From Chiloscyllium plagiosum (Eukaryota): DNA of 20,000 nt. This document shows, piece by piece, positions 9,783 through 20,000 of this stretch (position 1 is the first letter of the stretch; each line of letters starts with the position of its first letter). The notes under the pieces are model-generated. The model saw only the letters and a list, made by a program, of their open reading frames with translations. It made no database searches and was not told where the DNA came from. Made by a program: the position numbers and the translations under genes. The stretch covers positions 2,102,733 through 2,122,732 of the forward strand of contig NC_057757.1 of the NCBI RefSeq assembly GCF_004010195.1. Reading direction: 5' to 3'.

Positions 9783-9871
9783 AAACAGGTCTCAGGAGCC
9801 ATCGATGACATGATTGGGTACCAGCAATAATCGTATATGGTATCTCCCTCAGACATACGCAAGACAGCACT
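9783..9871 (-). CDS. WRAP53: WRAP53 coding exon 4
   Basis: [29 protein letters not shown](F); aatttgcag| acceptor, |gtaagt donor; 89 nt, phase 0/2. Confidence 0.96.
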
Positions 9872-10299
9872 CTGCAAATTTATCCACAAGAGGTAAGATC
9901 AATAGCAAAGGAACCAAAGGGGAGATGAGAACTTAGCTTATTTTTTAGAAAATTGTTTTGATTTGTTGAGGTGTGGAATGCACAGAGGAAGGTTTAACAT
10001 AGCTTTAAAAAAATGGAATTGGATCAATACTTTAAAGGAAAAATGTTGCAAGGGCAGTGAACAGGGAGAGAGTGGAACTAATCAGAATACTCTTTCAGGT
10101 ACAATGGATCAAAAGACAAGTTACTTTTCATAGCTCCTTTGATATTCTAAACTGCCCCACAAGTATATTATCAAGCCAGATTTGACATCCATGTATGGAG
10201 ATATTACAAAAGGTTGGTTAAAAAGATAGGTTTTAAGGAATACTTTAGTAAAGGAGAAAGTCATTGAAAAGATTACCACTGAGCAAGTATGCAACCCGA

Positions 10300-10885
10300 C
10301 TAGCTGTATAGATATTGTGGCTATAAAAGGTCACAAGATGGGAATTCTGCAATGACTAATTGACCTCCTAACTCCAAAAAGCCTATCCACTATCTAAAGG
10401 AGTGTGAAGGAATACTCCCTGCTAGCTTGGAAAGGTGCAGCTCCAACAACATAAGAAGCTTGACACCAATCAACCGAGTTGATTAGCACCACATCTAACT
10501 ACCTCAATCTTCACATCCTCCACTAGCGACGCTCAGTAGCAGCAACGTGTGCCATTGACAAGACGCATTGCTGCAACTTGTCAACCCTTCTTCGAGCACC
10601 TCTTCCAAAACCATGACACCAACCATCTCAAAGGACAAGGGCAGCAGATGAACTGGAATGACAATCACCAGCAGCCAGTCTCCCTCCAACCCACACATCA
10701 ATCTGACTTTGAACCTCCTTCACTGCTTTTGAGCCAAATTCCTGAAATCCCCTGTTTGACTGTACTGTGCACATACCTACAGCTTAAGGACTCCTGCAGT
10801 TCAAGGCAGCTCTCCACAACCTTCTCAAAGAGTAATCGGGGTGGGCAATAAATGCTGGACTAACCAGAAATGCCTACATCATGAA
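10300..10885 (+). mobile_element. Degenerate LINE 3' region (CR1/L2-type, HER1-like tail)
   Basis: Decayed ORF2-like sequence (tccactatcta..gtgtgaaggaatactcc..gcagctccaacaaca..aagcttgacacc) ending in gggcaataaatgctggactaaccagaaatgcctacatc. Confidence 0.55.
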
Positions 10886-11773
10886 GAAAATAGTTTTCAG
10901 GAAAAACTGCCATGTATTTTTATTCACATAAAAGATGAGCAGGAATCTGGTCACTTGAATCTACTCTGCTATTCAATGTGACCATGGTCGATTAACTCCC
11001 TCCACACCACTTTCTCCTCAGCTCAGTCTGAAATTACAGCTTCTTGTGCCCTCCTCTTTTGGAGTGCTAGCCTCTCAGCGCTCCCAGCCAAGCCTTCTGG
11101 AAATATTTTAAATGCATCAAATGAGAAACCCCACTACATAAACTTTCTACAGTTAAAACAGGGGAGTGCCTCATAGCATCCAAAAAAAACACTTGCCTCA
11201 CTGGCAGAAACAACTCTACTTATTCAAGAGCTTGAGTACATTGGTTGCAGGAATGAGAGATGACGATTAAAATTCAGAAGCATTGCAGGCAGCCTGGTTT
11301 GGCATCTTCAATTCCTAAATGTACCATGGAGCACCTAGCACCACATAAATCTAGCAATTTTCATATGTCTTGAATGGGAATAGTCATCTCCCAAAGCTCC
11401 TGTATTAGGGGCTGTGCTGGGAATCCCACCAAAATGCATCTATAACGCACAATGACAATCCCTTATTTAAGGTGACAGGACCTTTCTACAGTAATCCAAG
11501 ATAATACCTACAGTTTAGAGCTGGCACAAATGCACACGTTATAAACAAGTTGGAAAAAGGACATCGGAATTTGTCGGGCTCATGACATTCAACCGTGATC
11601 AAATAACTCAGAGATAAAGACGCACTGAGGGCTGGAATTAAACCCCACTCTGACAGGAAGTGGTTATGCTTCAGAAGGGCAAGACATTTGGGATTGGTGT
11701 GAGATCTCGTTTTTGCAAATCCCTCTCACTGTAAACACCGAGAGCAGTGCAAGCGGGTCAAAGAAATAGATAC

Positions 11774-11882
11774 CATTTCTGAGAGGTCAGCCAACTCCCC
11801 GCTATACAGCTCAGAAGGGAGGTTAAAGATCCGCAGTGTATTGTCAGCACTGTTGGTCAGAATGCAAGAACCATCCGGTGCC
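11774..11882 (-). CDS. WRAP53: WRAP53 coding exon 3
   Basis: (W)[36 protein letters not shown]; tatctcag| acceptor, |gtatct donor; 109 nt, phase 2/0. Confidence 0.96.
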
Positions 11883-12099
11883 CTGAGATAAAACACATGA
11901 CAAGTCAGTAAAAGAAAAGGTGCTTCTACTCACCGCGATTCACAGCAAAACAAACTTGGGAAATGAGCCACTTAGACAAGCTCATTCAAGTGAAAGAACA
12001 TAAAAATCAATCTGCTTTATGAGCTACAGTAACCATTGCTGTGTGATGCCATCAACTGTTCTGAACTGTACCAATGGAGTATCTTAACTTTCGACAATC

Positions 12100-12380
12100 A
12101 AGAGTTGATTTGATCTCTGTACTGTTATAAGGCAGACAGGGTGAAACTATTTCTGCTGGTTGGGGAGTCTGGGGTTAGAGGGCAAAGTTAAAAAACTAGT
12201 GCCAGCCCTTTCAGGAGTGAACTTCAACACAAAGAGCTATTGATGTCTGGAACTCCCATCTACAAGCAGCAACTGGTGCTGGATCAATTGTTAATTTTAA
12301 CTCTGAGATTGACAGATTTTTGTTAACCAGAGGCGCTGATATAAAGATACGGGGGCAAAGGGGGGTAACATGGAGTTTGA
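12100..12380 (+). mobile_element. Old CR1-like LINE 3' fragment
   Basis: ctatttctgctggttggggagtct...tctggaactccc...ttttaactctgagattgacagatttttg. Confidence 0.55.
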
Positions 12381-12827
12381 ACACAGGGCAGCATGATCTC
12401 ACCAGATCGCAGAATACGCCAAGGAATTCACTGGCCTCTTACTGTACCCGGGTGTCTCAGGGTTCCAGAGGAGATCAGCCTAGCCTGCTGGCATACAGCA
12501 AGCACAGAATTCTCACTGCTAAATTCCAAACCAACCCACTGGGGAGGATGTGCAAAAGACCACTGGAGTGGAGGACTACAGAGCCCAAGAGTTGTATAGG
12601 GCTTGTGAAACTTACAGGGAGAGGCACCTGACACCAATAGACACAGCTCTCCACTCAAGCCACAAACAAGGTGCGAGCCACAGGGAATCTGGGATAATAT
12701 CATTTGGCCAATGACTGTTGCTGGACTGACAGCCCCCAAATTAGCTGATCACTGTTAACAACAGGCAAGTCCAGGGAGGAGAACAAAATCTGTACAGATT
12801 CTGGATATGAACAGAAAAGCAAACAAT

Positions 12828-13190
12828 CAGAGTCATAGTGCCCAGAAACAGACCCTTCGATCCAACTAGCCCATGCTGACCATGTTCCCAAATTAAACTA
12901 GTCTCACTTGCCAGTGTTTGTCTCATATCCCTCCAAACCTTGCCTATTCATGAACTTATCCAAATGTCTTTTAAACATTTTAACTGTACCTGCATCCACC
13001 ATCTCCTCCGGTAGTTCATTGCACATAAGAACAACCCTCTGTATAAAAACATTGTCCCTCATGTTCTTTTTAAAACTTTCTCCTCTCACCATAAAAATAT
13101 ATCCCTTAGTTCTGAACTCTCCCATGCCAGGGAAAAGACCCCTGACATTCACCTTATCTAAGCCCCTCATGATTTTATAAACCTCAATAG
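12828..13190 (-). mobile_element. CR1-like LINE 3' fragment
   Basis: Minus-strand ORF MRGLDKVNVRGLFP..FIQRVVLMCNELPEEMVDAGTVKMFKRHLDKFMN; tail (ctatgactct) at about 12829-12838. Confidence 0.88.
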
Positions 13191-13340
13191 GTTATGGGTC
13201 AGGAAAAGATCAAAACTCCCCCTAAAATCAGATAAGTCTCACCCCGTCTTTACACAAGACTGTGATTTCTTAACTTTTTTATGCCTTTTATTTGAGAAAC
13301 TTCCAAGACTTTTCCAGGTTTTCCTGCACCCTGCACTCAC

Positions 13341-13439
13341 CATTTACAGCCCTTCAGGAAGTTTTCCACTGTTCTTGAGTACTCCTTCCACGCACCTGAG
13401 AGAAGGTGAGGTGCTTGGGTGAAATCATATCCGATCTGA
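13341..13439 (-). CDS. WRAP53: WRAP53 coding exon 2
   Basis: (Y)[32 protein letters not shown](W), conserved NFLKGCKW motif; gcttttcag| acceptor, |gtgagt donor; 99 nt, phase 2/2. Confidence 0.95.
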
Positions 13440-13694
13440 CTGAAAAGCAGCAGAAAGTGCAGACACATCAGAACTATAGGGTAATTAGCAGCGTATGGGT
13501 AAAGCACTGCGGACAATGTAACCCCTGCCAGTCAGTGTAAGCACGTGAAGTGCAGTGAAGTCTGGTGGCAGGGTTGAGAGTGCGCCTGTGAAAAACAGAA
13601 ACACCAACCAGTACCATTCTGGATTGTACTGAGTGACTATGTTCTCTGGAAAGAGCATTACGATACTAGGGGAGTACTGAGTATTGTCATCAGC

Positions 13695-14075
13695 TGTGGC
13701 TTTACCTTCTGAGTCAGACAGTCACAGGTTTCCATCGGGGGGCATGAGCACAAAAATCCAGGTGACAGTGTCTGTGCCAGTGCTGAGGAAGGTGCTGCAA
13801 CTGCTGTATTCCAGAGGAGACATCAAACCAAAGCCCTGTCTGCCCTTTCAGGTGGGCCTAGACAGTCCCAATGAAAGGCCACAATTTGAGAGCTCTCCCC
13901 AGTGTCCCTGGGCCGACAATAAAGCAGATCAACTGGCCTTTATCAAATTGCTGTTTGTAGGAACTTATGCACAAGTTGTAGTTTGTGCTTACAGCACTTC
14001 TTACGTTGCAAGAAGGGTCTACACTTCAGAAGACTACCTGTAAAGCTAGGGCATGAGAGGGGCTACAAAAATATA
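13695..14075 (+). mobile_element. SacSINE1-like Deu-domain SINE, degenerate
   Basis: tctgagtcaga..gagcacaaaaatccagg..aaaccaaagccctgtctgccctttcaggtgg..tctccccagtgtccctgggcc..ttgctgtttgtagga..ctacacttcagaag. Confidence 0.65.
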
Positions 14076-14329
14076 GTTCAAGGCTGCAGTTCACCATCAC
14101 CTGAAGGGTACATACAGACAGGCAGTCAGGCAGTCAATGTTAGCTTTGCCAGCAACACACACATTCTTTGAACGAAAGTGAAGTCCTTCAATAGAAAGGA
14201 AAAAAAGTCAAAATTTATAACTCCAGACAATATCCAGTCTCTTCCACTGGAATCGAAACAACAATTGGTGCCATGGGCTACAGGGGCTGTTTTATGACGA
14301 GCAGCCTACATTTCTGCGGTGTGGTAAAA

Positions 14330-14685
14330 CAAGAGGTGATCTCATTGAGATCTACAAGGTTTTAAATGGATTTGACAGAATATGCGCGAGGAGATCATTT
14401 CTGCTGGTTGGGGAACCTAAAAGATGAAGGACACAACGTCTGGTTAAGGGAATGATCATTTAGGACTGAGATGAGAGGAAACATCTTCACTCAGAGTAGG
14501 ATGAACTTTTGGAATTCTCTTCTCAAGAGGGTTGTGGCTGTTTCATCATTGGATATATTGAAGGCTGGGATTGATGGATTTTTGGTGTCTCAGGGAATCA
14601 GGCAGGAAAGCCAAAGGTAGATCACTGGCGATAATTTTACTGAAAGCATAGGCAGGACTACTCCTGAACTTTTTTGTGTTCTTAA
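14330..14685 (+). mobile_element. Old CR1-like LINE 3' fragment
   Basis: agaggtgatctcattgag..ttcttcactcagag-like..tttggaattctct..aaggctgggattgatggatt. Confidence 0.65.
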
Positions 14686-14780
14686 ATTTCATGGACAAAC
14701 CATTTCACACATGAAATGGTCTATCATGGAGAGGTTTGCCAATGCATTCAGAATTGTACAACTGATGTGGAGTTACTTAC

Positions 14781-15241
14781 TAATAAACGCCTTCGCTGCA
14801 CTGCTCTGCCCAGCTCTCACTTGCTTGCTCGGTCTCCGTTTCACTCTTGCCATTTGCATCTGGCTCCAGTGGATCAGGAAGACATTCAGATTCATGCCCT
14901 CCACTCATCTTCTCTGCCAGTTTGAGCAACTCAGAGCCTGAGTCGCCTGAAGGGCTGTCCAGGTTAGAGACCATAGAAGGGTCAGAGGCCTTTGGAGGGT
15001 CAGAGGTTGGCAGGACATCACTCCCTTCCAAACTTTCAGCTGAGTTCGCAGCTAGAGGCAGTGGTAAATCACCGATTCCGACCCGGGCAACCTTGGCCAG
15101 GGGCTCACTGTCTCCTCCACCTCGCCTCTCAGAGTCACTGGCCTGTTCCGCCAGCCCAGGCTGATCGGTCAGGGGATCCACTGCACTGTCGCCCTCTTGG
15201 GCTGATTCCACGCCAGGCTCCGCCATCCAGTCCGTCGCCAT
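14781..15241 (-). CDS. WRAP53: WRAP53 first coding exon (acidic, Ser-rich disordered N-terminus)
   Basis: aaagccATGG strong Kozak at 15241 with an in-frame TAG upstream; 461 nt open; ends TA|gtaagt, and phase 2 matches the next exon. Assigned by position and phase rather than homology. Confidence 0.8.
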
Positions 15242-15519
15242 GGCTTTCACAACAGTCAGATACCTTCGGTGCTACACGGGTAGCGCTTTTTAAAGTTTCT
15301 CGTACGGTGCCTGGCAGCTGGGCGCTGGCACACTGTGGAGGCCTTGTGACGGAGCGCTGTATTCATCACAACAGCCAATGGTGCTGTGGGAATGAGATCC
15401 GAATGTCACAAACGCTGCTGAAAACAATGTAAAGTTCGGAATTAGAGAACACATTTGCATATACAAACAGCTAAAAGGTCAAAACTGCTCCCAACCTAGC
15501 GACTAAATATGAAGTCAGA

Positions 15520-15850
15520 TAAAATCATCTGAGGTATTGATAAGGTGAACATCTTTACCCTAGGGTGGGGGAGTTCAAAACTAGAGGGCATTGGTTTAAG
15601 GCGAGAGGGAAAAGATTTAAAAGCAATCAGAGGGGAAACATTTTCCGCACAGAAGGTGGTGCATATACGGAATGAACTGCCAGTGGAAATGGTAGATGCA
15701 GATACAGTTACAACGTTTCAAAGACAGTTAAACAGGTAGATGAATGGGAAAGGGATGTGGGCCAAATGTTTAGAGGGATGTGGGCCAAACAAGAGCAAAT
15801 GGGATTGTTTAGTTTGGGAAAACTGGTCAACTTGGGTGATTTGGGCCAGA
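15520..15850 (+). mobile_element. CR1-like LINE 3' fragment
   Basis: ..FSAQKVVHIRNELPVEMVDADTVTTFQRQLNR. Confidence 0.8.
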
Positions 15851-15980
15851 CTGAGGTGTACACCACCTTCAGGATGAAAGTTTCCTGGCCATCAGAAGCT
15901 GGGATCCGTCATAATTTCACCCTTGTCTCAGAATGGTGTTTCTTTGCAACATCCACCTGCCTTGGCTTCTTCCTTGTTGA

Positions 15981-16904
15981 GTAAGTAAGTTTGCAGATGA
16001 CATCAAAATTGGAGGTGTAGTGGACAATGAAAAAGGCTACCTCAGATTACAATGGGATCATGATCAGATGGGCCCACGAGCTGAGAAGTGTTGGATGGAG
16101 TTTAAATTAGATAAATGCAAGGTGCTGCATTTGGGGAAGCAAATCTTAGCAGGACTTATACACTTAATGGTAAGGTCCTAGGGAGTGTTGCTGAACAGAA
16201 ACCTTGGAGTGCATGTTCATAGCTCCTTGAAAGTAGAGCTGCAGGTAGATAGGATAGTGAAGGTGGTGTTTGGTATATTTTTCTTTATTGGTCAGAATAT
16301 TGCATACAGGAGTGGGGAGGTCATGTTGCAACTGTACAGGACATTGGTTAGGTCACTTTTGGAATATTATGTGCAATTCTGGTCTCCTTCCTATCGGAAG
16401 GATGTTGTGAAGCTTAAAAGGGCTCAGAAAAGATTTACAAGGATGTTGCCAGAGTTGGAGGATTTGAGCTATGGGGGAGGTTGAATAGGCTAGGGCTGTT
16501 TTCCCTGGAGCGTCGGAGGCTGAGGGGTGACCTTATAGAGGTTTATAAAATCATGAGGGCATGGATAGGATAAATAGACACGTTCTTTTCCCTGGGGTGG
16601 GGGGAGATCAGAACTACAGGGCATAGGTTTAGGGTGAGAGGGGCAAGATATAAAAGAGACCCAAGGGGCAACGTTTTCACACAGAGGGTGGTGTATGTGT
16701 GCAATGAGCTTCCAGAGGAAGTGGTAGAGGAAGGTACAATTGCAACATTTAAAAGGCATCTGGATGGGTATATGAATAGAAAGGGTTTGGAGGGATGTGG
16801 GCTGGGTGCCGACAGGTGGGACTAGATTGGGTTGGGATATCTAGTCAGCGCGGACAAGTTGGACCGAAGGGTCTGTTTCCGTGCTGTATATCTCTATGAC
16901 TCTA
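15981..16904 (+). mobile_element. 5'-truncated CR1-like LINE (RT C-terminal half to 3' end), frameshifted
   Basis: Starts at the RT motif aagtttgcagatgac (KFADD); LYRTLVRSLLEYYVQFWSP..RAQKRFTRM; FTQRVV..NELPEEVV; ends tctctatgactcta. Confidence 0.92.
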
Positions 16905-17084
16905 AGTCCACTTGCTCAACAAATAAACCAATCCGAGGGGACAGTTCCTCCAATTTACCCTACAAAATCCTCTGATCAACCTAATTAGATAGCCCCTAAT
17001 CTTTAAATCGAATCACTACAACCCCTCCTCACTGGCGTGGCCTCTGGTTTGAGAGTTAAGTTGATGACAGAATAAATGCATTTG

Positions 17085-17665
17085 GCCTTTGTTCTCTGGA
17101 GTTTGGAAGAATGGGAGATGATCACATTGAAGCATCCAAGGTTCTGAAGGGTTTTGACAGGGTAAACATAGAGGCTGTTTCTGCTGGTCAGGGAATCCAC
17201 AACACAGGGTGGAGAGGTAGTGGTGGGGCACTGTCTCAGGATAATGATTTGATCCTTTATATGAACTGAAACAGCCAATTCAGCCCCTCCAGTCTGTTCT
17301 GCCATTCAATGAGATTATGGCTGATTTTTAGTCAAATTGCATTGGCTCATATCCCTTAATATCTTTTGCTTAACAAAAAAAAAATCTATATCAGATTTAA
17401 AATTAACAACTGATGTAACATCAACTACCAGTTCTGGAAGAATGTTCCAAATCTCTACAACTGAGATGAGGAGAAATTTCTTCATTTAGAAGGAGTCTTT
17501 GGAATGCTGTCCCCCAGAAGATTATGAATGCTCCTTCACTGAATGTATTTAAGACTGAGATAGCCAGTTTTTAGTCTCTCAGGAAGTTTAGAGATATGGG
17601 GAGTGGGCCAATAAGTGGATTTTGGAATAGATCATCAGACACGGTCACATTGAACTGTGCAGCAA
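17085..17665 (+). mobile_element. Old CR1-like fragment interrupted by an opposite-strand CR1-like fragment (about 17270-17460)
   Basis: ctggagtttggaagaatgggagatgatcacattgaa... resumes at actgagatgaggagaaatttcttc (about 17460); the inner part is reverse-complement similar to 12240-12345. Confidence 0.55.
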
Positions 17666-18279
17666 GAATCCATTTGCACCTTGATCTTTTATTAGAAGAT
17701 TTAACAAAACTGAAGGAAAAGTTCCAACACATGGAGAATCTCAGATTGTTCTCCTTGGAGTACAGGAGTGAAGTTGTAATGCAAATGATGACGGAGTTTT
17801 CACTGGGAGGGATTAGGAAAAAATTATTCTGCGAGCAGGACAGCTGGTAACCAGAACTCAAACTCAAGGAAACAGGCAAAAGAGCAAGAGGGAGGATTCA
17901 GGAAAGGTGGGAGGTGGTTATTTTGGGACATGAATACCCAGTACGAACCAAACTGCCCATTTAAATCTTATGAAAGATCTATATGAAAAGCTACAGAATG
18001 AAGATAGTGTCACCTACCCTTTGTACGCAGAGGCCTTCTAGCAGGACCCACAATGTCACAACGGGGGCGAATCAGCCAGAGATTTGTTCCAACAGCAAGA
18101 CAAATGCCTGTAGGACAACAATGAATTGTGTCAGGCACTTAGCGTAAAAGGGTAAGGGACTTCTAATGAAAGATTGAAAGAGCTCTCCTGACAGCCCTGA
18201 TACCTTCAAGAAGATGATTTACCTCAAGACTTTTTTAAAAAAATTGAACTTAAACGCAGATCATGAAAATATTTTTTGC

Positions 18280-18830
18280 ACCCGGCCAAGCAATCAGAAA
18301 GGCTAATGTAATTTTAGCCTTTATAAGAGGAGGAATAGCATATAAACAAGAGACTTGTTAAAACCATACACTCCTGGTTGGTCTCCATCTGGAATGTGGA
18401 CAGCAGTTCTGGAACTTAGAATGGATAAGGCACACACATTCACCAGAATGCTACCAGGGCTCCAACATTAGACTGTGCAAAGAAAACACAAACTGATTGT
18501 GTTTCCTGGAATATACATGGCTGAGGGTGAGCTGATTGCACTTTTAGGATTTTTGAAAGGAATCAGAGTAGAAAGATGCAAAGTTTCCTACTTGCTTGAG
18601 AGTCTACGACAATCAGACTTAGCCTCAAAATTACAGCCAAAGTTTTAGCTTCCAAAATCAGTACAATCCAAAACAAGTCAAAAATCCGTTTTCAGAAGTT
18701 AGGAAATACTTCTTCATTCACTGGGTGGTAGAAGCATTGAATTTTCTCCCGCCAAAATCAGGAGATGCTAAGTGGAATTTGTCATTTTAAATTCTGAAAT
18801 TGATTACTTTATGCAAGACAAGGGCGATAA
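18280..18830 (+). mobile_element. Highly decayed CR1-like LINE fragment
   Basis: aaggctaat..gcctttataagaggaggaatagcatataa..ttcaccagaatgctaccaggg..ggctgagggtga. Confidence 0.5.
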
Positions 18831-19030
18831 AACAACACGGAGGCAACACGGTTGGTTCAAGACCTGATGCCGATTAGCCATTCTCCTGATGAATAGCCAA
18901 CAGCTATTTGTAAAAATGCACCAAATTCCAGACTGGGTGAGGGCCGGGGGCAGGTTTGGAAGGGTTTCTGGATACCCAAATTTTGAGTGTTGGCTCAAAA
19001 CCCTAAACAATCATGGGGACTGGAAGGAGA

Positions 19031-19279
19031 TTCTTAAAACCCCTGAAGCTCACGATTGGGTGGGTTCCTTGAAACCCCAGATAGTGAGGGAGGGTTTGCC
19101 CTGAAGCCCAAGATTAAGGGAGGGGCCTCTTGGAACCCTATATAATGGGGGGCTGCCTTGAAACCCCAGATATGTCGTGGGAGTGGGGGTGTCCTGAAGC
19201 CGAAGATTGGGGGTCCTTGAAACACCAGATAGTGAGGGGGCTACCCTGAAGCCCAAGGAGAGAGGGGATTCCTTGAAAC
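19031..19279. repeat. Degenerate minisatellite with about 26-33-bp subunits of two alternating types
   Basis: Alternating ccttgaaaccccagatagtgaggg.. and ccctgaagcccaagatt..gggg units. Confidence 0.75.
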
Positions 19280-19388
19280 GGCAGGTGCGGGTTGAGGTAC
19301 ACAGTCTCCGGAGCCCTGGGAGGCGCTGAGTGACCTGCCTGTGCAGGTGAGTGGTGGGAGGGGTGGGGGGAACGGGTCGATCAGTCAC

Positions 19389-19500
19389 TCCGCGGAGGAA
19401 GCGGGAGCCGGAGCCAGAGCCAAGGCCATCTCCTCCACCTTCTCCCTGAGCTGCAGCTTCACACAATCACCGCCGGGGCCGCCGCCATGTTGGTGAGGTC
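19389..19500 (-). other. WRAP53: Putative non-coding first exon of WRAP53
   Basis: GC/CpG-rich, immediately downstream of the promoter motifs; candidate donor GGA|GTGACT at 19388; boundaries uncertain. Confidence 0.4.
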
Positions 19501-19540
19501 AAAGACGCCGCTATCGCGAGAGCGAACATTCCCCGCCCCC
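19478..19540. promoter_or_regulatory. CpG-island-type promoter with YY1 motif, BANP (CGCG) element and GC box
   Basis: GCCGCCATGTTG at 19481-19492 (CAACATGGCGGC on -), TATCGCGAGA at 19512-19521 (TMTCGCGAGA), CCCCGCCCCC at 19531-19540. Confidence 0.75.
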
Positions 19541-19741
19541 TGAAACTCCAGCAACCTTAAATTTCCTTCATTTTCCCTTTAAAAAAAAACAAAACCCTCC
19601 ACTTGGGGTTGCTCCTTTTACATCGTGACACCATTTGTGTGTGGTGGGTGAAGGGGAGTCTCATCCTATTAAAACCACTTCAGGAAACTGCACTTACATA
19701 GCGCCTTCGACGCCATAAACTATTTTCTACTTCCTTCCTCC

Positions 19742-19860
19742 ATAACAACAAATGCTGGAGATCACAGCGAGTCAGGCGGCATCCATAGAGAGAGAGAACA
19801 AACCAACGTTTCGAATCTACATGACTCCTCATCAGACCATCTGCAGTAATTTGCTCCTAC
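19742..19860 (-). mobile_element. Short Penelope-type mini-element with hammerhead core (19801-19838)
   Basis: Minus strand: CTGATGA-g-GAGTC-atgta-GATTC-GAAA-CGTT, then ..ggatgccgcctgactcgctgtgatctccagcatttg, similar to the arms at 6547-6828. Confidence 0.6.
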
Positions 19861-19954
19861 CCGAAATACCTCCCTCATTTCCCTTAACAAAAACTAAAAA
19901 CCTCGCTGGGTTCCGAGGGGGTTACTGCTTTCAGACGCTAGCGACCTGACATCG

Positions 19955-20000
19955 AGGTAAAAACAATGACTGCAGATGCTGGAAACCAGATTCTGGATCA
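19955..20000. mobile_element. Start of another related interspersed repeat, cut by the window edge
   Basis: aaaaacaatgactgcagatgctggaaaccaga is reverse-complement similar to the 3' tail tctgattcacagcatctgcaattctttcggttttt at 6790-6824. Confidence 0.5.

Noticed and set aside
13504..13587. Imperfect hairpin (aacccctgcca/tggcagggtt) 65-145 nt from the acceptor, considered as a snoRNA/scaRNA; also a cryptic acceptor tttttcacag at 13587-13586
   Set aside because: No convincing H/ACA or C/D boxes and no second hairpin; the cryptic acceptor would add 146 nt and shift the frame.
19031..19279. CRISPR-like repeat-spacer array
   Set aside because: Vertebrate context, degenerate units, no unique spacers and no cas genes.
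19050..19466. 138-aa minus-strand ORF at the promoter
   Set aside because: GTG start, runs through GC-rich and minisatellite sequence, and has no recognisable homology.

Overview
Eukaryotic genomic DNA, most likely a cartilaginous fish (shark), inferred from the CR1-like LINE, Deu-domain SINE and Penelope repeat families. The window holds an apparently complete minus-strand WRAP53/TCAB1 (WDR79) gene. Ten coding exons were reconstructed by hand (ATG 15241 to TGA 119; 1641 nt, 546 aa), all GT-AG with consistent phases. There is an AATAAA at 23-28 and a CpG-rich promoter with YY1- and BANP-type motifs near 19.5 kb. The introns are full of retroelement fragments. The most striking non-gene structure is a set of Penelope-type insertions built as inverted repeats that carry minimal hammerhead-ribozyme motifs. 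One is a 1.4-kb GIY-YIG-encoding palindrome with a 12-bp target-site duplication about 20 nt from a splice donor (8363-9761). A second is a non-coding 282-bp mini-element with the same layout and an 11-bp TSD (6547-6828). A third lies upstream of the promoter (about 19742-19860). No database searches were run, so family names rest on motif recognition.
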